A stretch of DNA of 64,000 nucleotides from Clostridia bacterium. GTDB lineage: Bacteria > Bacillota > Clostridia > Oscillospirales > CAG-272. Both the position numbers and the translations under genes were made by a program. Under the pieces are notes generated by a model, which saw only the letters and a program-made list of their open reading frames with translations, was not told where the DNA came from and did not search any database. The stretch is from contig JAFSSQ010000089.1 in the NCBI GenBank assembly GCA_017450965.1, positions 40,103-104,102 of the forward strand, given 5' to 3'. This document shows, in pieces, positions 52,758 to 61,861 of the stretch. Each line of letters begins with the position of its first letter. Position 1 is the first letter of the stretch.

Positions 52758-54017
52758 GTGACGTTTACCGTTCGCGTCCTGACCTCGGTCGCATCCCCGC
52801 TCTTGCTTCTGATCGGGCTTTCTTATACCATTCTGACGGATACGTATATCCGGAGATTTCATAAGCGGATTATGTTTCTCGTGATCGCGCTGGTCGTAAC
52901 GATGATCGCAAGCGACGTTCTCGACTATTACTTTTCCCACGTCCGTCCGCTTCCGATCGGCCGGCGCCTCAACAGTACCTACGGCTACGGCATGCTGCCG
53001 GTCCTGATCGTTTTATCCTATTATCTGGTCGGAGACCGCAGGAAGTTTCTGCCGGCGTGGTGCCTGGCGGGCGTCAACGCGGCGGTCTATTTCGTTTCGC
53101 TCTTTACGGGGATCGCGTTTTCGATCGGACCCAATAAAGCCTTCAAGCGGGGGCCGCTCGGCTATACCTGCCATATCATCTCCGCCCTTTTGCTGATCAA
53201 CTTTCTGATCCTGACGCTCCGCGAATACGCGCGGCGCAAAAAGGTGTTTTCCGTTATCCCGGTCTTTTGCGCGGCGATCGTCGCGGGCGCCGTGCTGCTC
53301 GATATGTTTATGCCGGGGAACGACCAGCTGCTCGTTTCCTGTCTGACGATCGCAACCGTGATCTGCTGCATCATGTTTTATTCCTGGTTCCATCTCCAGT
53401 TCGTCAACGTGTACCAGGAAAACGTGATGGCGGAGCAGCGGATCAAGATCATGGTCTCCCAGATACAGCCGCACTTCCTTTTCAACACGATCGCCACCTT
53501 CCGGGCGCTCTGCCGGCGCGATCCCGAGAAGGCGGCGACGGTGGCGGAAAAGTTCGGGCAGTATCTGCGCCAGAATCTGGACTCTCTCAATACGCCGGAT
53601 CTGATCCCGATCCGGCGCGAGCTTGACCACACGCGGATCTACGCCGATATCGAGATGGTCCGCTTTGAAAACGTGCGCGTCGAATACGAGATCGAAGACG
53701 CGGCGTTCTCCCTGCCCGCGCTGACGATCCAGCCGATCGTGGAAAACGCGATCCGCCACGGCGTGCGCGGCAAAAAAGAGGGGCGCGTTCTCGTCAGCAC
53801 CCGATTCTCCGGCGGGCGCCACGTCATAACCGTTTGGGATAACGGGGTCGGCTTCGATCCCGCCAAAGCGGCCAAACCAAGCGAAAGCCATATCGGGATT
53901 GCCAACGTCCGCGAGCGGATCGAAAAGCTCTGCGGCGGGACGATGACGATCGAGAGCGTGTTAAACGGGGGGACGACGGTTACCATCTCCATCCCCGAAA
54001 CGGAGGAAAAGGGATGA
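52758..54017 (+). CDS. sensor histidine kinase, LytS/YehU-type (PF06580 His_kinase + HATPase_c), polytopic N-terminus
   Basis: 5-6 TM N-half, QIQPHFLFNT H-box, ENAIRHG (N-box), DNGVGF, GIGIANVRERI. The GTG start is uncertain. Confidence 0.85.
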   Translation: MTFTVRVLTSVASPLLLLIGLSYTILTDTYIRRFHKRIMFLVIALVVTMIASDVLDYYFSHVRPLPIGRRLNSTYGYGMLPVLIVLSYYLVGDRRKFLPAWCLAGVNAAVYFVSLFTGIAFSIGPNKAFKRGPLGYTCHIISALLLINFLILTLREYARRKKVFSVIPVFCAAIVAGAVLLDMFMPGNDQLLVSCLTIATVICCIMFYSWFHLQFVNVYQENVMAEQRIKIMVSQIQPHFLFNTIATFRALCRRDPEKAATVAEKFGQYLRQNLDSLNTPDLIPIRRELDHTRIYADIEMVRFENVRVEYEIEDAAFSLPALTIQPIVENAIRHGVRGKKEGRVLVSTRFSGGRHVITVWDNGVGFDPAKAAKPSESHIGIANVRERIEKLCGGTMTIESVLNGGTTVTISIPETEEKG

Positions 54018-54811
54018 GGATCGTTTGTGTCGACGACGAGCGGCTCCTTTTGGACGAGCTGACGGCGATGTGTATGGAGCTGCCCGGGGTCGAGGAGGCG
54101 AAGGGCTTTCTCTCCCCAGCGGAAGCGCTCGCCTGGCTGAAAGACCATCGCGCCGATCTCGCCCTGTTGGATATCGATATGCCGGAAATGAACGGTCTGG
54201 AGCTTGCCGCCGGGATCAAGGCGGACTCTCCCGATACCGCCGTCATCTTTATCACCGGCTATTCCGAGTACGCGCTGGACGCCTTTTCGGTGCGGGCGTC
54301 GGGATATCTGCTCAAGCCCGTTACCAAAGAGGCGCTGGCCTCCAATATCGCGTACGTGTTTTCCGACCGGCGCCCTCCCGTCCCCGAACGGAAGGTAAGC
54401 GTGACGACCTTCGGGACCTTCGAGGTTTACGCCGGCGGGCGGCAGGTCAAGTTCCGGATGGCAAAGTGCAAGGAGATCCTTGCGTACCTCGTCGACCGGC
54501 AGGGAGGAAGCGTGACCCGCCCGGAGCTTTCTTCCGTTTTGTGGGAGGACCGGCCGTACGACCGCAAACAGCAAAAGCAGCTGGACGTTTATATCCGCTC
54601 CCTGCGGGAGACCCTCGCCGAATACGGGATCCCGCAGATCCTTGAGATGCAGCGCGGGACCCTGCGGATCCTGCCGGAGGAGTTCGATTGCGACGTGTAC
54701 CGCTTCTTTTCCGGCGATCCGGACGCCGTAAACGCCTACCGCGGGGCGTATATGAGCGCCTACTCCTGGGCGAGCATCACCGAGGGAAAAATGTTTTGGA
54801 AGCGCGGCTGA
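54014..54811 (+). CDS. response regulator: REC domain fused to an OmpR/SARP-type winged-helix DNA-binding domain
   Basis: REC (VDDERLL, LLDIDMPEMNG, ITGYSEYA...GYLLKP), then FGTFEVYAGGRQVKFRMAKCKEILAYLV...LSSVLWEDRP...LDVYIRSLRETL...DCDVYRF (SARP-like). Overlaps the kinase stop by 4 nt. Confidence 0.8.
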   Translation: MRIVCVDDERLLLDELTAMCMELPGVEEAKGFLSPAEALAWLKDHRADLALLDIDMPEMNGLELAAGIKADSPDTAVIFITGYSEYALDAFSVRASGYLLKPVTKEALASNIAYVFSDRRPPVPERKVSVTTFGTFEVYAGGRQVKFRMAKCKEILAYLVDRQGGSVTRPELSSVLWEDRPYDRKQQKQLDVYIRSLRETLAEYGIPQILEMQRGTLRILPEEFDCDVYRFFSGDPDAVNAYRGAYMSAYSWASITEGKMFWKRG

Positions 54812-54827
54812 GAGCAGCGCGGCCCGC

Positions 54828-54875
54828 AAAAAACGCCGTTTTCTTCAAAATATAGAAGAAAACGGCGTTTTTTAT
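54828..54875 (+). terminator. strong intrinsic terminator after the two-component operon
   Basis: 19-bp perfect stem AAAAAACGCCGTTTTCTTC / GAAGAAAACGGCGTTTTTT, 8-nt loop, T-run. Confidence 0.85.
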
Positions 54876-54891
54876 TGGACATTTATTGGAC
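54871..54891 (+). promoter_or_regulatory. two direct repeats TTTATTGGAC with 11-bp phasing (candidate response-regulator binding site)
   Basis: TTTATTGGAC a TTTATTGGAC. The 3' repeat ends 9 nt before the -10 hexamer, and no -35 hexamer is recognisable at the canonical spacing. Confidence 0.55.
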
Positions 54892-54897
54892 GCCGCG

Positions 54898-54906
54898 TGC
54901 TATCAT
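54898..54906 (+). promoter_or_regulatory. extended -10 element of the giant surface-protein gene
   Basis: TGc-TATCAT has the same GTGCTAT... context as six other promoters called in this window. It lies 69 nt upstream of ATG 54975. Confidence 0.5.
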
Positions 54907-54974
54907 AAAACAAATATGGGGTGTTATATTTATTCACTTTTGATACAGCGAAAGCCGATACCAAGGAGAGAAAT

Positions 54975-57900
54975 ATGAAAAAACAATTCAAACCGTTCAG
55001 TTTTCTGACGGCGCTGATCCTGTTGATCGTTCTCGTATTGGTTCCGACGGGAACGTTTGCGGGGGCAAGCTTTGTAAAGGGCGTTTTTGCAAGCTCCGCG
55101 GGCGGAAATGCGCTGTGGGAAGGGGAAGGCACCGAGGCGGAGCCGTACCTCATCCAATCGGCGGAGGACTGGGACGCGCTCAGCGAGTATACCAACGGCG
55201 GCGGAACGGACTATGCCGGCAAGTATTTTTTGCTGACGGAGGATATTTCCGTTTCGACCATGGTCGGCTTCCGGGACCAGAGCTCGGCGGATATCCCGTT
55301 CACCGGGACCTTTGACGGCGGCGGCCATACCCTGAACGTTTCCATCCGGTATAGCGGCGCGATGGCGGCTCCGTTCGGCTCCGTTTGTAACGCCGTGATC
55401 AAAAACCTCAACGTAACGGGTACGGTAAACGGCGGCATACATTCCTCCGGCCTTGTCGGCGGCGGCAACAAAGGCGCCGTCCCGGGCAGCACGCTCGAGA
55501 TCTGCAACGTCCGGTCGAGCGTGGCGGTCAACGGCTACAACAACTCGGCCGTTTCGCACCTCGGCGGTATCGTGGGCCATTCGCTCAGCGCCCGGATCAC
55601 GATGGACAACGTCGTCTTCGCCGGCAGTCTCAACGGCAGCATGGCGCAGGGCGGTTTTGTCGGCTGGGGCGGCGGCGCCGGCGATCACCTTTCGATCTGC
55701 GTGTTCAGCAACTGCCTGTTCGCCGGAACGGTCAAATCCGGCAATACCTTCCACCCGGTCGGTTACGCCTACGGCAACAACGGCAGGGCAACGCTGACCA
55801 ATTTCTACACCACCAAAGACAAAAACAACACCTCCAACGCGTTTGATTACCAGGGCACCTCTTACACCGTGCTGAGCGGGCTTGCCGCGAAGGTGACGGA
55901 CGGCGGCGCGATCCGGTACTATGATAACTTCGCTTCCGCGGCGAGCGCTCAAAACTGGAAGCAGGGAAGCACCCTGACGCTGCTTGGCGACGTTTCGATC
56001 TCAAGCACCCTGAACGTACCCGCGGGCGAGTATACGCTTGACTTGAACGGTTACGGCATACGCAGGACCGGCAGCGGCTGTGTGATCAGAGTGAACGAAC
56101 AGTCGACGCTGAATCTCAAAGACAGCAACCCTTCGGTCGAACACAGGTATTCGGTCTCCAATCCCGCCGCGAACGGCGCGGGCGTTGCGACTGTCAACGA
56201 TGCGCTGACAAGCGGCTATCAGACCTTTACCGGCGGCTATATTACCGGCGGCTATATTACCGGCGGGTATAATTACGGCGCGGGCATCAACGTGGAAGGA
56301 AACGGCGCCGCTCTCAATATGTACGGCGGAACGATCATCGGCAACCGTCTTACGGCGGGATCTACCGGCGGCGGCGGCGTTTGTCTGCAGGATTGGACCG
56401 GAACCGGCGGCTTCCATATGTACGGCGGTTCGATCATCGGCAACACCTCCAATTACGGCGGCGGCGTTTACGTCAGATGCGGTACGATGGTCATGGTTGA
56501 CGGCGAGATCAGCCGTAACGTTGCGAACAACAATATCGGCGGCGGACTGCTCGCATTCGGCGCATCTTCCGCCTTTATCATGGAAGGCGGCGTGATCAAC
56601 GGAAACTATGCGCAGCACGGCGGCGCGATCGAAGCGTCCGGCGGGGCTGCCGTCTCGATCTCGGGCGGCGTTATAACCAACAATACCGCGTCCGGTAAGG
56701 GCGGCGCGTTGACAAACCAGAGAACGGACGGAGATACCAGCCCCGCCGTATTCAACATCTCCGGCGCGCCCGTCTTTTCGGGGAACACCGCCGGCGGACA
56801 GTCAAGTGACGCTTATTTGTGCAATACCGCGGTACTGAACGTGACCGGCGAGCTGACGAACACAACGCCTTTCCTTGTGAAGAGATCAAGCGGTACCGGC
56901 GCGTTCACCTCCGGCTGGAACGACAAGATGGGAGACGCCGATCCGTCCGACTACTTCAAAAGCGAAAACGGCAGTTATCAGGTTTTCCTGAATCCCACCG
57001 GCGAAGCGGAGATCGGCACGCCTCCCGTGGCATGTATCATCAGCGGAGAAACCGCGGCGTATTACACCTCGATTTCCGCCGCGGCGAGCAGTACGAACTG
57101 GACGGCGGGCAGCACGCTGAAACTGCTCGACGACGTTACCGCAACCGCCGTGATCACCGCGCCCTCCGGCGCGCATACCCTCGACCTCAACGGGCATACG
57201 ATCACGAGGACCGGCGCTACCGGCGCAGATAATTCCGGTCTTGTAATCACGGTGAACGACGGGGCAAACCTGACGGTCACCGGCCCCGGCAAGATCACCG
57301 GCGGCAGCGGTTTCCACGGCGGCGGTATTCACGTTGAAGGGACCGGCTCCCTTGTCCTTGATCACTGCGAGATCAGCGGAAACACCGGACATTACGGCGG
57401 CGGTCTGTATCTGAAAGGCGGCACCATAACCCTGAAAAACGGGACGGTCGTCAAGGATAATTTGGGCACGGACGGTTATGGCGGCCCCGGTATTTATGCG
57501 GAGAGCGGCGGAACGCTGATCCTGGAAGACTGTACGTTTACCGGGAACAGAATGAACAGCGGTATGCAATGCGCAGTATTCCTCTGCGGAAACGCCAAAG
57601 TTCAGGTGAGCGGAGCTCCCGTGATCTATGACAATACATACAACGGCGAGCAAAAGAATCTGCTTTTTTTCCAGGCGAACGACCAGCAGAGCAGGGTCTT
57701 AGTCACGGGTACGCTGACCGACGGCGCGAAAATCGGCGTCAGACAGACGAACGACAATTTCGGTGCTTTCTCGATCGGCTGGAAGGATAAAATGGGCGAC
57801 GCCGATCCTGCCGAGTATTTTATCAGCGACAACAGCGGTTACATCGTCTGTGTAACTGCAGAAGGAGAAGCATTGCTCCGCTATCCCGACGTACCCAGCG

Positions 57901-59906
57901 TCAGCGCGTCCGGCGTGACGTGCGACTACGACGGAAAGGGCCACGCGATCTCCGTTACCGCGCCAGACGGCGCAACGGTGACGTACGGTACGCAGGAGGG
58001 CGACTTCTCGCTGACGTCGAGCCCGGCCTTTACCGATGCCGGCGTCCATACCGTCTACTATCAGGTATCCAAAACCAATTATACCCCCGTGACCGGCTCC
58101 GCCACGGTAAAGATCGATCCGATCAGCGCGACGGTCACGATCACCGGTCATACCGAAACGGCTGACTACGACGGCAAGGAACATTCGGCTGCCGGCTACG
58201 ACGCCGAGACGAGCGCCGCCCTGTTTGACGTGACGAAGGACTTTTCCTTCAGCGGCGCGGCGGAAGCGAAGCGGACAGACGCGGGCAAGACCGAGATGGG
58301 TCTGGCGCCGGAGCAGTTCGCGAGTGTCAACGCAAACTTCGCCGAGGTGACCTTCGTCGTCACCGACGGATCCGTTACCGTTCTGACCGTCGACGCGGCG
58401 ATCACGGCCGCGCCCCGGACGGGCAGCCCGATCTATAACGGCTCCGAACTGCCGCTTCTGATCGCCGGTACGGCGGAAGGCGGGACCTTCTCCTACGCTC
58501 TGGGCGCCGACGCGCAGAACGCGCCGGACGCGGCAAGCTACCAAACGGCGATCCCGACCGCAAAGGATCTCGGACGCTACTTCGTCTGGTACCGCGTGGA
58601 CGCTGATCATAACCACAACGGTCTCCCGCCCGTCTGCCTGCAGGTCGTTCTGGCGGAAGAGGGCTGGAAGACGCTGAACGGTACGCTTTATCAAAGCGAC
58701 GGCGTCACGCCGGTTGCCGGCGCCGCCGTGACCCTCACGCAGGGCGATCGGACGGTGGACGCCGCCAGGACCGACGCGGCGGGCGGCTATCAGTTCATCG
58801 TTCCGGCCGGCGTCTACAACGTCGTCGCCTCGAACGGCGCAAGCACCGAAACGACCCTTGTAAAGATCTACGAGGATCAGGACCGGACGCTTACCTTCTC
58901 CGCCGGGAGCGCGATAGCCGAGCTCAAGGTCAACGCCGACGGGGACAAACACTTCGGCGTGACGGTCGACGGACTGACAGACGAAGCGCTCGCCGTCCGC
59001 GCGGCGGCAGAGGCGGCGGACAAGACCGTTTCCGTTCTGATGACCGTGGAAGCAAAGACGGAAGAGACGGCGCAGAACGCCGCTCTGATCAACGCGCTGG
59101 CCGGAGAGAGCCAGAACCTCATCTTCTTCGATACCAAAGTCGAAAAAACGGTGGATTCCGTTACGACCGTCCTTCAAACGACCTCGAACGTCCTGGAGCT
59201 TGCCGTTCCTTACGATAAGACGGGCAAGCGCGGCGTGACCGTCTACGCTTCCGACGGAAGCGGCGTGCAGACGCTGCGGGAAAGCGACGGCGGGGAAGAA
59301 GGAACCTTCCGCATCGACAAGGAAAACGGACTGATCTACGTTTATTCCAACCGCTTCTCGACCTTTGCGATCGGCTATACCCCCTATTACCGGGTGGAAA
59401 GTACCGCGTCGCTCGGCTCCTTTGCGGGAACGGCGAACGTGGTGATCCGCAGCGCGGACGGCTCGCAGGTCTTCGAGCTGCAGAACGTCGCGCCGGACCG
59501 TATCAGCTTTGACGATATCCCGAAAGGGAAGTACACCATGACGATCACCTGGGAAGACGGCGCGGAGAACACCCTGACCGTGCCGCTGACGATCCGGGGT
59601 AAGGCCGCGGCGTCCGCCGATACGGCAAACGCCGGCGCCGAAGCGCTTGCGGCGGCGAAGGAAAACGGCGCGGTCCTTGCGGCTCTCCGCCGCAGCGACG
59701 CGGACCGCCGCTCCGGGATCCTCACTCTTGCCGCCGTTCTCACGGCGGACCGGGCGGGCAGCCCGGACGCCGGCGCCGCCGGCAGCGGCGTTTCCGCTTT
59801 CAGCGTTTCTCCCTTTGGGACCCTTGTCGGCCCGATCCCGCAGGCGGATCCGGGCGCGGCCCTTCTCCGGCTGCAAAAGTTAAAGCGCGTGGCGATGAGG
59901 ATTTAA
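54975..59906 (+). CDS. giant secreted surface protein (1643 aa): GLUG-motif region, two beta-helix (PbH1/Pmp-like) modules, Ig-like/MBG-like domains, CarboxypepD_reg-like domain
   Basis: Signal peptide MKKQFKPFSFLTALILLIVLVLVPTGTFA. GLUG-type motifs: SGLVGGG, LGGIVGHS, GGFVGWGGG. Gly-rich beta-helix rungs: GGGVY, GGAIEASGG, GGGIHVEG, GGGLYLKGG. Also YDGKGH...YTPVTGSATVKIDP and AGGYQFIVPAGVYNVVASNG. No LPXTG or TM at the C-terminus. Confidence 0.8.
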   Translation: MKKQFKPFSFLTALILLIVLVLVPTGTFAGASFVKGVFASSAGGNALWEGEGTEAEPYLIQSAEDWDALSEYTNGGGTDYAGKYFLLTEDISVSTMVGFRDQSSADIPFTGTFDGGGHTLNVSIRYSGAMAAPFGSVCNAVIKNLNVTGTVNGGIHSSGLVGGGNKGAVPGSTLEICNVRSSVAVNGYNNSAVSHLGGIVGHSLSARITMDNVVFAGSLNGSMAQGGFVGWGGGAGDHLSICVFSNCLFAGTVKSGNTFHPVGYAYGNNGRATLTNFYTTKDKNNTSNAFDYQGTSYTVLSGLAAKVTDGGAIRYYDNFASAASAQNWKQGSTLTLLGDVSISSTLNVPAGEYTLDLNGYGIRRTGSGCVIRVNEQSTLNLKDSNPSVEHRYSVSNPAANGAGVATVNDALTSGYQTFTGGYITGGYITGGYNYGAGINVEGNGAALNMYGGTIIGNRLTAGSTGGGGVCLQDWTGTGGFHMYGGSIIGNTSNYGGGVYVRCGTMVMVDGEISRNVANNNIGGGLLAFGASSAFIMEGGVINGNYAQHGGAIEASGGAAVSISGGVITNNTASGKGGALTNQRTDGDTSPAVFNISGAPVFSGNTAGGQSSDAYLCNTAVLNVTGELTNTTPFLVKRSSGTGAFTSGWNDKMGDADPSDYFKSENGSYQVFLNPTGEAEIGTPPVACIISGETAAYYTSISAAASSTNWTAGSTLKLLDDVTATAVITAPSGAHTLDLNGHTITRTGATGADNSGLVITVNDGANLTVTGPGKITGGSGFHGGGIHVEGTGSLVLDHCEISGNTGHYGGGLYLKGGTITLKNGTVVKDNLGTDGYGGPGIYAESGGTLILEDCTFTGNRMNSGMQCAVFLCGNAKVQVSGAPVIYDNTYNGEQKNLLFFQANDQQSRVLVTGTLTDGAKIGVRQTNDNFGAFSIGWKDKMGDADPAEYFISDNSGYIVCVTAEGEALLRYPDVPSVSASGVTCDYDGKGHAISVTAPDGATVTYGTQEGDFSLTSSPAFTDAGVHTVYYQVSKTNYTPVTGSATVKIDPISATVTITGHTETADYDGKEHSAAGYDAETSAALFDVTKDFSFSGAAEAKRTDAGKTEMGLAPEQFASVNANFAEVTFVVTDGSVTVLTVDAAITAAPRTGSPIYNGSELPLLIAGTAEGGTFSYALGADAQNAPDAASYQTAIPTAKDLGRYFVWYRVDADHNHNGLPPVCLQVVLAEEGWKTLNGTLYQSDGVTPVAGAAVTLTQGDRTVDAARTDAAGGYQFIVPAGVYNVVASNGASTETTLVKIYEDQDRTLTFSAGSAIAELKVNADGDKHFGVTVDGLTDEALAVRAAAEAADKTVSVLMTVEAKTEETAQNAALINALAGESQNLIFFDTKVEKTVDSVTTVLQTTSNVLELAVPYDKTGKRGVTVYASDGSGVQTLRESDGGEEGTFRIDKENGLIYVYSNRFSTFAIGYTPYYRVESTASLGSFAGTANVVIRSADGSQVFELQNVAPDRISFDDIPKGKYTMTITWEDGAENTLTVPLTIRGKAAASADTANAGAEALAAAKENGAVLAALRRSDADRRSGILTLAAVLTADRAGSPDAGAAGSGVSAFSVSPFGTLVGPIPQADPGAALLRLQKLKRVAMRI

Positions 59907-60013
59907 GCGTTTCGGGCGCAGAGAAGAGCCCCGCAACAGACCGCCGCGGCGGCGTGATCAAACCGAAATACAATACCGAACCGGTATCGTCTATTTTTAA
60001 GGAGGAAAAAACA

Positions 60014-61006
60014 ATGAGTCAGGCAAAGATCAGCAAAAAAGATATGGAGAAACTGCAAAAGACCAGCAAGGCCCCCAAAACCGAAAAACCGAAAATCAAA
60101 ACCGGCACTCTCGTCTTCCGCATCGTGCTGGCGATCGCCGCGGTCGCGTACGTGGCGGCGCTGGCGTTCGGCGGTTCCTTCCTCTCAAAGGATATCGTGG
60201 ACAGTCTGAACCCCTTCTCCGGGATAGAAAACCCCAACGCCCTCTTCCGCGCGATCGGCCTTATTATTCTGGTGCTCTGCGCCGGCACGATCATCCGTTT
60301 CTTCATTGATAAAGAAGCCGCCAAACGGGTGGCGCAGAAGAAGAGCGGCGTTGCGCTGATCGAACTTTTCGGCAACCTGGTCAAATACGCCACCTATCTT
60401 GTGGTGCTCTTTCTCGTTCTCGGCGCCTGCGGCGTCAATACCTCGGAGATCCTCGCCGGTCTCGGCATTCTGACCCTGATCCTCGGTCTCGGCGTGACCT
60501 CCCTGATCGAAGATATCGTCGCCGGTATCTTCATCATCGCGGAGCATCTCTTTGACGTCGGAGACGTCATCGTGGTAGACGGGTTCCGCGGTACGGTTCT
60601 CTCGATCGGCATCCGTTCGACCAAAATCGCCGACGTCGGCAACGACGTGATGACCGTCCGCAACTCCTCGATCGGTTCTCTCGTCAACCTGACCGACCGG
60701 CAGTCCGCCGCGGCGGTCACCATCCCGCTGGCGCCGCACGAGTCCATCGAGCGTGTGGAGAAGCTTGTCCACAGCACGGATATGACCTATATGAATGAAA
60801 AATATCCCCGTCTGATCGGCGCTCCGCTCTATCTCGGCATCTGCGAGATCACCAAAAAGGGCGTGCAGAACCTCCTGATCGTCGGCGGCTGCAAGGAAGA
60901 AGACAAATACGAGATCGAGCGCGCGCTCTTCCTTGAGTACAAACTTCTCTTTGAAAAGAACGGGATCCAGCTCGGCTACACCGGCCCTGACGACGAAGAC
61001 GATTGA
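60014..61006 (+). CDS. mechanosensitive ion channel (MscS family)
   Basis: Three TM helices, then the MscS beta-domain GDVIVVDGFRGTVLSIGIRSTKI. ATG 60014 follows AAGGAGG. Confidence 0.85.
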   Translation: MSQAKISKKDMEKLQKTSKAPKTEKPKIKTGTLVFRIVLAIAAVAYVAALAFGGSFLSKDIVDSLNPFSGIENPNALFRAIGLIILVLCAGTIIRFFIDKEAAKRVAQKKSGVALIELFGNLVKYATYLVVLFLVLGACGVNTSEILAGLGILTLILGLGVTSLIEDIVAGIFIIAEHLFDVGDVIVVDGFRGTVLSIGIRSTKIADVGNDVMTVRNSSIGSLVNLTDRQSAAAVTIPLAPHESIERVEKLVHSTDMTYMNEKYPRLIGAPLYLGICEITKKGVQNLLIVGGCKEEDKYEIERALFLEYKLLFEKNGIQLGYTGPDDEDD

Positions 61007-61025
61007 TTAGAGTGGAGGCAACGCC

Positions 61026-61784
61026 ATGAAAACGAAAGGATTCGGAGCGCGGTCTCCGCGGAACGTTTCCGCGGGGGGAAAACGGCCTCTCGGCGATCCG
61101 TATAACAAGGCGTTAAAAGGCGATCCGTTTAACAGGGCGTTCAAAAAGGAAGAGAGTCCGGGCGCCGAATACGCGATGAGCGGCATGGACGCCTATCATC
61201 ACTACGACGCGCAAAAGGATCTGACGCGCGAGCAGGAAAACAAGTCCCAAAAGCAGCAGACCGTAAAGAAGCAGGACGCCTCCCGCCTCCAAAAGGTGAT
61301 GCAGCAGGTGGTGGGCCTGGTCGCCGGTTCCGTGATAGTCGTAACGGGCTATCAGGCGGCGGCGGAGCAAAAGCCGGCGCCCCAGACCCCCGGTGTCGTG
61401 GAAACGGGAGAAACGGATCCGGGCGGCATTTCCGATCCGGCGGGGCTTTTTGCAAGCTTTGCGTGGAACGAAGACCTCACCGCCGTGACCGTGACCCTCT
61501 CGGACAGCGAGGGCAGGACCGTCAAAGAACTGCCCGCCGCGGTCGCCGTGACAAGGGAAGAGGCAAGCTGCGGCAAGGAAGGGACCGTGACCTATACCGC
61601 GACCGCCGAGGACGGCGGGAGCGTGTATTCGGATTCCCGGTCGGAGACTCTGCCGGCGCTCAGCCACGCCTTTGACGAGGGCAAAACGGTCGTCCTGGAG
61701 GACGGCGAGACCGCGATGGTCTTTGAATGTACGCAATGCCACGAGCAGTTTACCGTCAAGACGTCGATGACGGAAAACGATTAA
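61026..61784 (+). CDS. single-pass membrane protein of unknown function
   Basis: N-terminal duplicated peptide GDPYNKALKGDPFNRAFKK, central TM VVGLVAGSVIVVTGY, and an extracytoplasmic domain ending FECTQCHEQF. No family recognised. Confidence 0.5.
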   Translation: MKTKGFGARSPRNVSAGGKRPLGDPYNKALKGDPFNRAFKKEESPGAEYAMSGMDAYHHYDAQKDLTREQENKSQKQQTVKKQDASRLQKVMQQVVGLVAGSVIVVTGYQAAAEQKPAPQTPGVVETGETDPGGISDPAGLFASFAWNEDLTAVTVTLSDSEGRTVKELPAAVAVTREEASCGKEGTVTYTATAEDGGSVYSDSRSETLPALSHAFDEGKTVVLEDGETAMVFECTQCHEQFTVKTSMTEND

Positions 61785-61861
61785 AAGACGAAACGATCTT
61801 CAAAGAAGGGAGATATAATATAACCCCCGCTTTCGGACAGGTTTTATTATACGCGAGAACA

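Noticed and set aside
59973-59987. Palindrome ATACCG-AAC-CGGTAT upstream of the MscS gene, partly resembling the AATACCGATT core of the recombinase sites.
   Set aside because: It has only 6-bp arms and a single copy, and it lacks the flanking CAACA/TGTTG arms of the 25-nt sites. It is probably chance or an unrelated operator.
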